DNA from: Vibrionaceae bacterium
GTDB taxonomy: Bacteria > Pseudomonadota > Gammaproteobacteria > Enterobacterales > Vibrionaceae
Assembly (NCBI GenBank): GCA_018222805.1
Contig: JAAEZQ010000002.1
Location: 288,415-352,414 of the forward strand
Length of the DNA stretch: 64,000 nucleotides
Direction: 5' to 3'
Below, piece by piece: positions 19,930 through 30,403 of this stretch. The notes below the pieces were generated by a model that did no database searches, was not told the origin of the DNA, and saw nothing but the letters and a program-made list of their open reading frames with translations. The position numbers and the translations under genes are program-made. Position 1 is the first letter of the stretch. Every line of letters begins with the position of its first letter.

Positions 19930-20940
19930 TTACAGCATAGCTTGACGGCTTGGTAAGAAGACTTCACCTAACATACAGCGAACAGAGCCACCACCAATAG
20001 ATTCTATAGTAGACACATCAAACGGCAGTAATTTACCGTGCGTCGCTAACTGGTTTCTTTGTGCAGGTGAAAACGCATCGTACGCCGATTGAGACATCGC
20101 AATCACCTTGTCACCGTTCACTGTTTCCAGTTGAAGGATGTTGCCGCAGAACTGGTTCATCTGCTCAATCGAAATTGAGATCACTTGCTTGTCTTTCGCT
20201 AGTGATTTCATTACGAAGCGACGCTCAAACTCAGGGATTACTTCATCACAAATCACACAGAACTGTTCACCTACCGCCATCATTACATTGGTATGGTAAA
20301 TAGGCGAGCCAGAAGGCAAGCGTGTTTGGAAAGAAATCACGCGATCGTAGCCAACGCGATTTGCATAGTCTTCCAGAACCAAGCGATCACAACGCTGAGA
20401 AAGCGCCGCATAAACCGTCTTGTTAAAATGATCAAAAATCATCACGCCAGTACTTTCCAGATACGCCTGATCGTTCACATATTCAGTTAAGCTGGCTCGC
20501 TGGTGCACTTCTCGACCAGCTTGAGCTAGTGCAGCTACCAAAGCGTCTGGACGAACTTCTTTCTGGCGGTTTTCACAGGCCATCGGGAATGTATATAAAG
20601 TCCCGTCACAAGTTGTACTAAACCAGTTATTTGGGAATACAGCATCAGGCGTCGCAACATCTGACAAAGGATAATCAAACTCCACCACCTGAACACCTTC
20701 TTGGCGTAAGGTTGCTACCATCGCAGAAAATTCAGCCATGGTTTTTTGAGAAACTTCTTCCTGGCAGAGTGACACCTGATTTTGAAACTCATTGTCTCTT
20801 GCGGTTTCTTCGTTAAAGCGAAATTCTTTAGGTGGCACCATCACTACGCAGTTTGCGGTATGGCGCAGAGCACTTTGTATGCTTTCTTCATTCCCATTTG
20901 CAAATTGGGGTACTGATTCGTGTAATAGCATCCGATACAT
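19930..20940 (-). CDS. Amidinotransferase/arginine-deiminase-fold hydrolase (citrulline utilisation CtlX-like)
   Basis: 336 aa with the guanidino-group-modifying enzyme fold signature and the C-terminal catalytic-Cys context GGGSVRCMLGE. Confidence 0.65.
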   Translation of the reverse strand: MYRMLLHESVPQFANGNEESIQSALRHTANCVVMVPPKEFRFNEETARDNEFQNQVSLCQEEVSQKTMAEFSAMVATLRQEGVQVVEFDYPLSDVATPDAVFPNNWFSTTCDGTLYTFPMACENRQKEVRPDALVAALAQAGREVHQRASLTEYVNDQAYLESTGVMIFDHFNKTVYAALSQRCDRLVLEDYANRVGYDRVISFQTRLPSGSPIYHTNVMMAVGEQFCVICDEVIPEFERRFVMKSLAKDKQVISISIEQMNQFCGNILQLETVNGDKVIAMSQSAYDAFSPAQRNQLATHGKLLPFDVSTIESIGGGSVRCMLGEVFLPSRQAML

Positions 20941-21642
20941 TCCTTCTCACTAGAATGAGGAGATTGTAAATACTTTGTTAAGTAAGGTTTTACTGTTTTC
21001 ACGATTATTTCATCCATTAAAAAGTAAAATTTACTGCATAACCCAAAATTTTCAGGAATACTTCTGCCCACCTTAGAGTCTAAAACTTTTGTGTTACACG
21101 GGTTACAAGTCGGAAAAAACAGTGTTATGAACTCAAATTATCGCCAATTACACAGAGTTAGCTTAAAGATATACACGATTTATCATTGAATTTGCTTTAA
21201 ATATAAGAAATAACAAACGGACAATAAAAATAAAAAACCTAAAAACATGAATACAAATTCAGGCAATAAAATGGCAAAACAAGACATTTTCAACTAAAAG
21301 CCCAAGCACTCCAAATTGAAGGTGTTACATTGCAATGGTGCCTTAAATAGCCATCGTTAAGCTTTGATTTTCGATTTATCAAGAAGTACGGATAACCATA
21401 CAGAGAGCATAGATTCTCGGATATGAAACAACACTAAGTGATAAAGAGCAAACCTATTCTGCTACTATCAATGCTCATTGCGTATCCACAGCAATGAACA
21501 CCTTACAGAGTATCTTGCTGGATCATTTATCGAGCTACGTAGCTACGTGTTGATAAACAGCTATACTCAATAGACGGCTGGTTCTACCCAGTCCACGATG
21601 CGTGGTCACGGGTAATTAAACTGACAATAAGGTAATTAGCTT

Positions 21643-21759
21643 ATGTGTAAATGTGGTTCAATGCAGATCGTACAAATAAAGCCAAGATGGACTGACAAGC
21701 TATTTGGATACTCAGAAAGATGGAAGTGCCAACTTTGTTGTAAGATCTACCGCATCTAA
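21643..21759 (+). CDS. Candidate 38-aa Cys-rich (zinc-ribbon-like) small protein
   Basis: MCKCGSMQIVQIKPRWTDKLFGYSERWKCQLCCKIYRI. CxC ... CxxCC spacing. Lies 44 nt upstream of a strong plus-strand terminator in an otherwise empty 1-kb AT-rich spacer. The SD is weak (AAGG). Confidence 0.3.
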   Translation: MCKCGSMQIVQIKPRWTDKLFGYSERWKCQLCCKIYRI

Positions 21760-21802
21760 AAATATAAAAATTACACTTAGATTTTCTAAGAAAAAGCAGT
21801 GG

Positions 21803-21832
21803 CCCGGCAATGATTGTCGGGTTTTATTTTTT
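21803..21832 (+). terminator. Orphan plus-strand rho-independent terminator
   Basis: CCCGGCAA-tga-TTGTCGGG (one G-U pair) followed by TTTTATTTTTT. No ORF of 60 aa or more lies upstream on this strand. Confidence 0.65.
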
Positions 21833-21991
21833 AGCCCAGACCACCAGCCCCGTAGAGCAATTAGTAGATCTTCAAACCTTTGCCACACCTGTAAAGCAAG
21901 TCATTCTCGCTGAGCCTAGCATCTCGAGGTTATTTGGGTATAGAATCAGGCCCACTTATTTCACTGCTAATTTCATACATTACAGGTCACT

Positions 21992-22699
21992 ATGAACAAA
22001 AGTTTGTTAACGAATGTCCTCGCAATGGTATTGATGGGTGCTGGCCATCAGCTTCAAAACAACTATCTTTGGTATGCGGGTTTGTTCGCCTTCTCAGGTG
22101 CTATCACCAACTGGCTTGCCATCCACATGCTATTTGAAAAAGTACCCGGGTTATACGGCTCTGGTGTCATCCCAGCACGATTTGAAGAGTTCAAACTCGC
22201 GATCAAAAACCTAATGATGGAGCAGTTCTTTACTGAAGCTAATATCGATAGGTTCTTGAATAAAGAGATGGCGGGTGGTGCGAGCATCAACCTTCAACCT
22301 GTTATTAATAAGGTGGATTTCAACCCTGCTTTTGATTCTTTGGTGGGAGTGATCGAAGGCTCTCAGTTTGGTGGCATGCTAGCGATGTTTGGCGGCGCAG
22401 AGGCGCTTCAGCCAATGAAACAACCCTTTGTAGAGAAGATGCAAGAATCTTTAGTTGAGCTGAGCCAAAGCGACTCTGTAAAAGAAGCACTGAAAGAACA
22501 GTTTGAATCACCAGCTATGATGGATGAAATCAAACAAAACATCGAAAGCATTATCGATCAGCGCCTCAGTGAACTGACCCCTGCATTGGTGAAAGAGATG
22601 GTGCAAAAAATGATTAAAGAGCACTTGGGCTGGCTTGTCGTTTGGGGGGGGGTCTTTGGTGGCTTAATCGGTATTCTGACTACCTTGATCAGTCGCTAA
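21992..22699 (+). CDS. DUF445-family membrane protein
   Basis: 235 aa with N- and C-terminal TM segments flanking a charged helical region, a pattern typical of DUF445/YheB-like proteins. Confidence 0.55.
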   Translation: MNKSLLTNVLAMVLMGAGHQLQNNYLWYAGLFAFSGAITNWLAIHMLFEKVPGLYGSGVIPARFEEFKLAIKNLMMEQFFTEANIDRFLNKEMAGGASINLQPVINKVDFNPAFDSLVGVIEGSQFGGMLAMFGGAEALQPMKQPFVEKMQESLVELSQSDSVKEALKEQFESPAMMDEIKQNIESIIDQRLSELTPALVKEMVQKMIKEHLGWLVVWGGVFGGLIGILTTLISR

Positions 22700-22723
22700 T
22701 ACTAATATTCCGAGCAAAATTAA

Positions 22724-22745
22724 AAAGGAGCCATATGGCTCCTTT
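22724..22745. terminator. Bidirectional terminator (DUF445 gene / lrp-family gene)
   Basis: Palindrome AAAGGAGCCATATGGCTCCTTT with A and T flanks. Confidence 0.65.
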
Positions 22746-22765
22746 ATTGTCGCGACTGAATAATA

Positions 22766-23242
22766 CTAACCCAGCAGCTCTGGGTTCACACCAAATCCGG
22801 TTTTATGTTCTTCAATCACCACTTCACTGCGTGTCTGAATCACGCCAGGTAAAGTACCAAGCTTACTCGACATAAATTCTTGATACGCTTTCATGCTTTT
22901 AACGCGAACTTTAATCATGGTATCGAAGTCACCAGAGAGCGAATAGCACTCCTCGATTTCTGGCATTAACTCAACCGCTTTGGCAAATTTCTCAAATATC
23001 GAGAAGCTGGTTTGATCAAGACGAATGTGAATGAACACTTGTACGTCCAGACCCAATTTTTCCGCATTAAGCTCTGCATGATAGCCATTGATATAGCCTT
23101 CTTTCTCTAACCTCTTAACCCGATCAGAACAAGGCGACGTCGTTAAATTTATCTGCTTTGCTAGTTCAACAACTGGAATTCGGCCTCGTGAATGAAGCAC
23201 TCTCAAAATATGCAAGTCAATCCTGTCCAATTGATAACTCAT
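22766..23242 (-). CDS. Lrp/AsnC-family transcriptional regulator
   Basis: LDRIDLHILRVLHSRGRIPVVELAKQINLTTSPCSDRVKRLEKEGYI HTH followed by a RAM domain. The likely start is the ATG at 23242. Confidence 0.85.
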   Translation of the reverse strand: MSYQLDRIDLHILRVLHSRGRIPVVELAKQINLTTSPCSDRVKRLEKEGYINGYHAELNAEKLGLDVQVFIHIRLDQTSFSIFEKFAKAVELMPEIEECYSLSGDFDTMIKVRVKSMKAYQEFMSSKLGTLPGVIQTRSEVVIEEHKTGFGVNPELLG

Positions 23243-23736
23243 CAACCACACCCTAGTCATATCATATGGAGACTCACAATAATCGTTAGTGACTCATTTG
23301 CAAACTGACAAATGAATAACGTGTGAAACCAGCTTTATTTTTGTATTGGCGACGCATAAAAAGCAGGCACAAATACCGAGTCCACCATCATTGATACCAA
23401 TCACGATAATTGACTAAAAATAGCGTAGGAAAAGACAAAATGAAAAAGCCCACAGACTGATGAGAGATAACGAGTTCACGCTCGGGAGAGCAGCACTTAT
23501 CGCGCACAACTTGACGAAGTACAAAAGAAAATAGAATTGAAACACAGGTGTTGATACAGCTTCAGAGAAAGAACAGAGAGGCAGAGACTGCGACTTATTT
23601 AAACCGTATAGACGAGCGAATAGCCCTACAACACCGTTTAACAAAGTCACAAAACTCTAGCACCTAAATGTACTCGCTTTAACTGTTCGACGATAATTCA
23701 GGGTCAGCGCACTTTAACGAAAAACCATCCACTCTA

Positions 23737-23985
23737 TTACAGAATTGCAGACGTTTGTCTTGTCGGATGTGGTAACACTTCACCGATGGCTCGGTGATTA
23801 CAACGACGGCAGTAGTACTGAGGCTCCATCTCATAGTAGTGTTCGCCCGACACAAACTTCGCCATCAACTGTGTAAAGCTCAGAACTTTGCCAGTCAGGG
23901 TTTCAACTGGCTGTGACTCACAACGCCTCATTATGACCTTATGTTGAGTCGACTTTCTACAAGCTGAGCAATAAATATCCGGCAT
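23737..23985 (-). CDS. 82-aa hypothetical zinc-ribbon protein (two CxxC pairs)
   Basis: CSAC at residues 6-9 and CRRC at residues 59-62. Stand-alone ORF between AT-rich spacers. No family recognised. Confidence 0.4.
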   Translation of the reverse strand: MPDIYCSACRKSTQHKVIMRRCESQPVETLTGKVLSFTQLMAKFVSGEHYYEMEPQYYCRRCNHRAIGEVLPHPTRQTSAIL

Positions 23986-24522
23986 TTCTTTTTTCTCCCA
24001 ATTTTTTCTGTGCTACTGACAATTGACATATTTTGTTCAAAATAATTCCACAATAAAAAATGCCCTTTCGTATTTTGTGTCCTACCTCCAAAAAACAGGG
24101 CAATGTATTTATAAAATTGAGACATTGCTCAGATGTCAATTTTTGTTGTTAATTTGTGAAAATTAATGCCAATTACTGTCAGAACATGACGAAACACACA
24201 TAACCAATTGTTGAATATAATTATTTTCAAAAGCACTCCCAAAGCTAACAGTAAAAATTCTCGCCATTAATGCTACTTTAAGTGAAAAATTTACACTGTT
24301 AACTACATATTTAGTGCTAACTTTTACTTTTCATTCAACGATATAGAGCCTTAAGTCAGCATCAGTATTGCCAGCCAGAAGCTAACAAATACTTAAGAAA
24401 AGAGAAAATCCAGTTACCGTTTGAATGGAGAGTCTTGATCACCAGTTGTACAGTTGCAGAATACAGACAAAAATAAAGCCCGCTATTAAGCGAGCTTTAT
24501 TCGTTTTATCTATTGCAAGAAA

Positions 24523-26016
24523 TTAGTCCAAATCAATCAATTTCTGCTTGTATGACTTATGTTGTTCCAGCACGTCATGCGCTGCACCACCCGTCATTTT
24601 ACTTACTACAAAGATAGCCAGTGTGGAGAAGATGATACCCGGTACTATTTCGTACACGTCGAACCAACCGCCAGACAGCTGTTTCCATACAACGATAGTG
24701 ATACCACCCATCAGAATACCAGCCAGTGCACCGTTACGGTTCATACCGCTCCAGTAAAGGCTAAGCACAACTGCAGGGCCGAATGCTGCACCGAAGCCTG
24801 CCCAAGCGTAAGAAACAAGTCCTAGTACTGAACTGTCTGGTGTCATTGCCAAGAATAGAGCCAGCAAAGAAATCACGATCACACCAACTCGACCAACCAT
24901 TACGATTTCTTCTGAAGAAGCACTTGGCTTAAACACTTGCTTGTAGAAGTCTTCTGCTAGGGCAGAGGAAGAAACAAGTAGCTGAGAGTCTGCTGTACTC
25001 ATTACCGCAGCAAGAATCGCGGCAAGCAGGATACCTGCGATAACAGGGTGGAATACCGTGTTAACCAGTAGCATGAAGATCTTTTCTCCATCTTCTAATT
25101 GCACGCCAGGGTGATCGCCAACCCAAACAAGACCAACAAGACCAACAAGCATTGCGCCCGCCATTGAAAGCGCAGTCCAACCAACAGCAATACGGCGTGC
25201 AGTCGTCAGGTCTTTATTTGAACGAGTCGCTTTAAAACGAGCTAGGATGTGAGGCTGACCGAAGTAACCCAAACCCCAAGCTGCAAGAGAGATAATTGCG
25301 ATAGCCGATAATGGCTCACCTTTCACGTCACTCCAAAGCGTAAGTAGTTCAGGGTTGATGTCATGCATATCTGATGAAAGCTGGCTGAAACCACCGTCCA
25401 TCACGGCAACAGGTACTATCATTAGTGCCGCAGCCATCAACAAACCTTGCACCAAGTCTGTCCAAGATACTGCAAGGAATCCACCGAATAATGTGTAAGA
25501 AACCACACATACTGTGCCGATGACAACCGCATAGGTGTAGTCTAGACCGAATACTGTTTCAAACAGTTTGCCCCCTGCTACCAAGCCTGAGCTGGTGTAG
25601 AAAAGGAAAAATAGAAGAATGAAAAACGCAGAGATTGTCTGGATCAGTTTTGAGTTGTCGTTGAAACGACGTGACAGGAATTCTGGCAATGTCAGCGCGT
25701 CAGTCTGGATACTGTAAGTACGCAGACGCTTTGCACTGATTAACCAGTTCGCCCATGTACCAACAAGCAGACCACCTGCTAGCCAAAATGCCTCGATACC
25801 CGCAGCATAAGCGTAACCTGGCAGGCCAAGTAGCAGCCAGCCACTCATGTCTGAAGCACCTGCAGATAACGCAGCAGGCCACGGACCTAGGCTACGGCCA
25901 CCTAGGAAGTAATCAGATGAGTTGGAAGTCCTCTTATAGGCGATAACGCCAATGGCAACCATGATTAATAAATACGCCACAAAAGTGGACGTGATCGCAA
26001 AGCTATTTTCTATCAT
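24523..26016 (-). CDS. putP: Sodium/proline symporter
   Basis: SSS-family 13-TM protein with N-terminus MIENSFAITSTFVAYLL..., next to putA. The likely start is the ATG at 26016. The track ORF extends to 26079. Confidence 0.85.
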   Translation of the reverse strand: MIENSFAITSTFVAYLLIMVAIGVIAYKRTSNSSDYFLGGRSLGPWPAALSAGASDMSGWLLLGLPGYAYAAGIEAFWLAGGLLVGTWANWLISAKRLRTYSIQTDALTLPEFLSRRFNDNSKLIQTISAFFILLFFLFYTSSGLVAGGKLFETVFGLDYTYAVVIGTVCVVSYTLFGGFLAVSWTDLVQGLLMAAALMIVPVAVMDGGFSQLSSDMHDINPELLTLWSDVKGEPLSAIAIISLAAWGLGYFGQPHILARFKATRSNKDLTTARRIAVGWTALSMAGAMLVGLVGLVWVGDHPGVQLEDGEKIFMLLVNTVFHPVIAGILLAAILAAVMSTADSQLLVSSSALAEDFYKQVFKPSASSEEIVMVGRVGVIVISLLALFLAMTPDSSVLGLVSYAWAGFGAAFGPAVVLSLYWSGMNRNGALAGILMGGITIVVWKQLSGGWFDVYEIVPGIIFSTLAIFVVSKMTGGAAHDVLEQHKSYKQKLIDLD

Positions 26017-26152
26017 TTGATAGTCCTCGTTATAATTATGTCCTTCCTTGTCTTCTTTGATATTTTGCCATCTCAGCAATACGTCAAAGTAAGAGACACC
26101 AACCTGAAACTTATCTCAGGAGAGTTATTCCAAATTGGCGTCACAAGTCAGG

Positions 26153-26860
26153 TTAGTGAGTTTCGTTCCCCAGCTCGAGTAGAGTTGCGTTACCACCCAC
26201 CGCGGTAATATTTATCGTTCGAGTACGCTCAGTAATAAAGCGTAACGACAGATGAGGATCATGAGCCAATTTCGGTGACTCTAAATCCGTTTCAGAAACT
26301 AAGCCGACGATGGCACCATCGCGCTTAGCCAGTTGAAGATTGAGCGCGTGCTCAACCTTAGAATGCCCAACATAACCCACACTACGTACATCACTCTCAA
26401 GCAACGGTGCTGAGGCGTCATACGCAACAACCTGGACTAAGTTAGATGGGAAGTTAGTCGACGATACCGCTTGTGTCACCAATTGGTTTAACTCGGTATT
26501 ATCGCTGCAAATAACAACACTGTTGCCGGCAATTAAGGCACAGGTGATCATTGCAAAGGCACTGTATAACGCGTTAGACGTATTTTCGGTGTTGTTCTCA
26601 CAAATCACCAAAGCTACGCCACGACCTGCGGCATACAGCTCGTTAGTTTCACCAGTAGGCCCTACTAACTGATGAGTGTCTGCAAGAAGTGCTGATGCAT
26701 GTTGCAAATGGTATGAAACCACTTTTGCTACAACTGCATTCTGCCCTTCAAGTGCAGATTTAAATGCCAGCACGTGCTCGCATTTGTAATCAAAATCGGT
26801 CAGATTCCACTGTTCCCACGCAGAAAATGCATCTTTAAAATATGTGATCTGATGAACCAT
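26153..26860 (-). CDS. Stand-alone homologue of the C-terminal ALDH-like domain (CTD) of long PutA proteins
   Basis: 235 aa. LVGPTGETNELY... and the terminal ERTRTINITAVGGNATLLELG resemble the last ~220 residues of E. coli-type PutA (...NTAAAGGNASLMTIG). It has its own AAGGAG SD 8 nt before the ATG and lies 11 nt after the putA stop. Confidence 0.6.
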   Translation of the reverse strand: MVHQITYFKDAFSAWEQWNLTDFDYKCEHVLAFKSALEGQNAVVAKVVSYHLQHASALLADTHQLVGPTGETNELYAAGRGVALVICENNTENTSNALYSAFAMITCALIAGNSVVICSDNTELNQLVTQAVSSTNFPSNLVQVVAYDASAPLLESDVRSVGYVGHSKVEHALNLQLAKRDGAIVGLVSETDLESPKLAHDPHLSLRFITERTRTINITAVGGNATLLELGNETH

Positions 26861-26871
26861 AATGCGACTCC

Positions 26872-29800
26872 TTATGCGTTTTCTGCTTGAGCAACTGTTC
26901 GTTGAGAAAAAGTTTGTTGAGTAAAGCGGTACAAGTAGTGAGGACCACCCGCTTTCGGGCCAGTACCAGACAAGCCTTGCCCACCGAATGGCTGAACACC
27001 AACTACGGCACCAACTTGATCTCGGTTGATGTAGCAGTTACCGACACGTACGTGCTTTTCAATCCAGCGATAAGTGGTTTCATTGCGGCTGTGGATACCC
27101 ATAGTCAGGCCAAAACCAGTTTGGTTAATCTGCTCAACAACGTTTGGCAACTCAGACGCTTTAAAGCGAACAATGTGCAGAATTGGACCAAATTGCTCTT
27201 CTTTCAGTACATCAATACCTGAGATTTCAAAGGCACTTGGTGATACAAAATCACCATGCTCACAAGCTTCATTCAACTGTAGCTCAGCAACTTTCTTTTG
27301 CGTTTTCGCCATGTGCGCAATGTGAGCCTGGAGTTTTTGTTTCGCATTTTGGTCAATAACCGGTCCAACATCGGTTTTATGTAAGTACGGCAAACCGACA
27401 TCTAACTCATTCATCGCACCCTGAATAAGGTTGATGATGCGATCTGCCACGTCTTCCTGTACGAATAGAACTCGTAGTGCTGAACAACGTTGACCAGCCG
27501 ATGCAAACGCAGATCGAATAACATCACGTACAACCTGCTCTGGCAGTGCCGTACTGTCGACGATCATGGCGTTCTGTCCGCCTGTTTCTGCAATAAACGG
27601 TACTGGCTTCGCCGTGCGCTCTGCCAATGTTACGTTGATACGCTGCGCCGTTGCTGTCGAACCCGTAAATGCCACACCAGCAATCGCATCGTGAGAAGTC
27701 AGTGCATGACCAATTTCACTACCGCGACCAGGAAGCAACTGAATAACACCAGCAGGGAAGCCAGCTTCCAGCATCAGTTCAATCGCACGAGCTGCAATTA
27801 AGCTGGTTTGCTCAGCAGGTTTCGCGACCACAGTGTTACCCGCAACAAGAGCCGCTGTTACCTGACCAAGGAAAATCGCCAGAGGGAAGTTCCATGGGCT
27901 GATACAAACAAACACTCCCAAACCTTCACGGCTCGAAATACGTTTAACGCCGTCAAAGCCTTCTAGCTCAAATGGTTGCAGGTTTTGTGCTTGTTTCGCG
28001 TAGTAACGGCAGAAATCGACTGCTTCACGAACTTCATCGATACTGTCATGAATAGTCTTACCTGCTTCTTTGTGACAAATTGCCACCAGCTCAGCTAGGT
28101 TTTCTTCCATTAAGTCAGCAAGCTTTTCTAAACACTGCGCTTTCTGCTCAATCGCTGTACCTTTCCACTCAGGGAAAGCGTTCTGCGCTGCTTGAATTGC
28201 AGAGGAAACATGATCAAGAGTAGCAAAAGCCACTTTACCTGCTTCGATACGACGATCGTATGGTGCAGTAACAATCTCTGCTGCGTTTTCCTTGATCATG
28301 CTTTCAGCGAAAGACTGACCATTGATCACAGGACCAGCAGTCCATGTATTGTTCAGGAAGCTTTCAACTTGAGTCTCAAATGGTTTAGCTTCACTTTCAA
28401 TATCAATGTTCACGCCGTAAGAGTTTTTACGCTCTGGGAAAATACCCGATGGCAATGGAATCTTGTCGTTATACAACGTCTCAAAACCAGTTAGCACATC
28501 GACAGGGTGATGCGTTAACTCGTAAATAGGACAACGAGCATCCACTAAACGGTGTACAAACGAGCTGTTCGCACCATTTTCTAACAGGCGACGAACCAGG
28601 TAAGGAAGCAAGTCTGCATGACTACCAACTGGTGCGTAAATACGTACAGGCTGACCGTATTTATCCATTACATGGTTGTAAAGTGAGTCGCCCATGCCGT
28701 GAAGGCGCTGGAACTCATAATCTTTGTGCTGCGCCATCACTGCAATTGCCGTCACAGTGTGTGCATTGTGGCTCGCAAACTGCGGGAAGATGTTGCCACG
28801 TACACCTTCACTCAATAGGAATCGAGCACAAGCTAGGTACGCAACGTCTGTCGCTTCTTTACGGGTGTAAACTGGGTAGTTGTCATAACCCGCTTGCTGC
28901 GACCATTTAATTTCACTGTCCCAGTAAGCGCCTTTAACCAGTCGTAATGGGATAAGATCGCCCTGCTCTTTCGCTAGCGCATTTATCCATACCAATACAG
29001 GAAGAGCACGCTTCGAGTACGCTTGAATAACAAGACCAAACTTGCCCCAGCCTTTCACTAGGTCGCTGCGGTACACTTTCTCAAATAGTTTTAAAGAAAG
29101 CTCAAGACGATCGGCTTCTTCTGCATCAATCGTAATCGCAACGTCTACTTCAATTGCACGTTTCAGCAGCTGCATTAACGAGTCGTACAACTCTGTCATT
29201 ACACGATCTTCGTTTGCAACTTCATAGCGTGGGTGCAGTGCAGATAGCTTAATAGAAATAGAAGGTGCAGGGCTGGTATCATTGCCGTAAGTCTCTCGAC
29301 CCACCGCTTCGATCGCCATTAGATAATCTTTAAAGTACTTATTCGCATCTGCGGTGGTCAGTGCCGCTTCACCCAACATATCGAATGAGTAAGTGAAACC
29401 TTTATCGCGCATCGGACGACCATTTTTTTGCGCTTCTTCAATTGTGCGGCCACGAACAAACTGATGACCCATGATCTTCATCGCCTGATACATGGCTTTA
29501 CGAATCACAGGTTCAGAGAATTTGTTCACCAGACGGTTTACAGCCTGACTTGGGCTCTGGCTGCCTTTTTCACCAAGACCAACCACTTTACCCGTCAGCA
29601 TAAGACCCCATGTTGACGCGTTAACGAAAACTGAGTCTGAGTTTTTCAGGTGAGATTTCCAGTCCGCAACACTGAGCTTGTCTTTGATCAACGCGTCTGC
29701 AGTCGCAGAATCAGGGATACGCATTAATGCTTCTGCAAGACACATCAACAAGATACCTTCTTGTGTATCTAAGCTGTATTCCAGCAGCAGGGCATCAATC

Positions 29801-30018
29801 ATCTGGATTGACTTCTTATCGGCACGAATCGCTTCAATAAGTTGGGTCGTTTGGATAGTGATCGCCGATTTTTCTTCCTCTGTCGGCGTCGCTAGCGGCA
29901 ATAATTGCTCTAGCCATTGAGACTCGTCCACCATATACAATGGCGAGATCAGTGACCACAACTTATCAAGCGGCTGCTCGATAAACTCCGGTGTCAACAC
30001 GTTCGTAGCTGTAAACAT
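26872..30018 (-). CDS. putA: Bifunctional proline dehydrogenase / L-glutamate-gamma-semialdehyde (P5C) dehydrogenase, without RHH domain and without CTD
   Basis: 1048 aa. PRODH barrel followed by an ALDH domain (ETGGQNA, catalytic GQRCSALR). Synteny with putP. Confidence 0.9.
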   Translation of the reverse strand: MFTATNVLTPEFIEQPLDKLWSLISPLYMVDESQWLEQLLPLATPTEEEKSAITIQTTQLIEAIRADKKSIQMIDALLLEYSLDTQEGILLMCLAEALMRIPDSATADALIKDKLSVADWKSHLKNSDSVFVNASTWGLMLTGKVVGLGEKGSQSPSQAVNRLVNKFSEPVIRKAMYQAMKIMGHQFVRGRTIEEAQKNGRPMRDKGFTYSFDMLGEAALTTADANKYFKDYLMAIEAVGRETYGNDTSPAPSISIKLSALHPRYEVANEDRVMTELYDSLMQLLKRAIEVDVAITIDAEEADRLELSLKLFEKVYRSDLVKGWGKFGLVIQAYSKRALPVLVWINALAKEQGDLIPLRLVKGAYWDSEIKWSQQAGYDNYPVYTRKEATDVAYLACARFLLSEGVRGNIFPQFASHNAHTVTAIAVMAQHKDYEFQRLHGMGDSLYNHVMDKYGQPVRIYAPVGSHADLLPYLVRRLLENGANSSFVHRLVDARCPIYELTHHPVDVLTGFETLYNDKIPLPSGIFPERKNSYGVNIDIESEAKPFETQVESFLNNTWTAGPVINGQSFAESMIKENAAEIVTAPYDRRIEAGKVAFATLDHVSSAIQAAQNAFPEWKGTAIEQKAQCLEKLADLMEENLAELVAICHKEAGKTIHDSIDEVREAVDFCRYYAKQAQNLQPFELEGFDGVKRISSREGLGVFVCISPWNFPLAIFLGQVTAALVAGNTVVAKPAEQTSLIAARAIELMLEAGFPAGVIQLLPGRGSEIGHALTSHDAIAGVAFTGSTATAQRINVTLAERTAKPVPFIAETGGQNAMIVDSTALPEQVVRDVIRSAFASAGQRCSALRVLFVQEDVADRIINLIQGAMNELDVGLPYLHKTDVGPVIDQNAKQKLQAHIAHMAKTQKKVAELQLNEACEHGDFVSPSAFEISGIDVLKEEQFGPILHIVRFKASELPNVVEQINQTGFGLTMGIHSRNETTYRWIEKHVRVGNCYINRDQVGAVVGVQPFGGQGLSGTGPKAGGPHYLYRFTQQTFSQRTVAQAENA

Positions 30019-30403
30019 GTGTGTTCCTCAATCTCACTCCTCGAAAACCGCTTCGAGGATCATCAATGGCTGGCAGTGTATTTTGAGGCCGACAAGAATA
30101 CTTGTCAAAAACTACGGCATTTTTGCTAAAAACTCGCTTTTATAACAAAACATCCACACAATCACACTCAAAAAGGTAATATTTTGTATTGGAAATTTTA
30201 ATTTTTCCGGCTTATTAACAACAAAAAACCAACGATATCAATAATATTGTTCGTAAGCTTACTGTTCAAATGGAATAACTCCGGACAGATTGCTGATTTA
30301 AAGTACAACTTGATGAAAAATGAAGGAAAAGAGATCTAAATCACACAAATAAAAAAACAAAAACCATGCTTAAAGCATGGTCTTGAGCGAGAAGTTTCTA
30401 AAT

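Noticed and set aside
24290-24302. parS2-like TTTACACTGTTAA downstream of putP.
   Set aside because: It has one mismatch in the right arm (TGTTAA instead of TGTAAA), so it is not a perfect core. It may be a weak or decayed site, but I cannot support it as functional.
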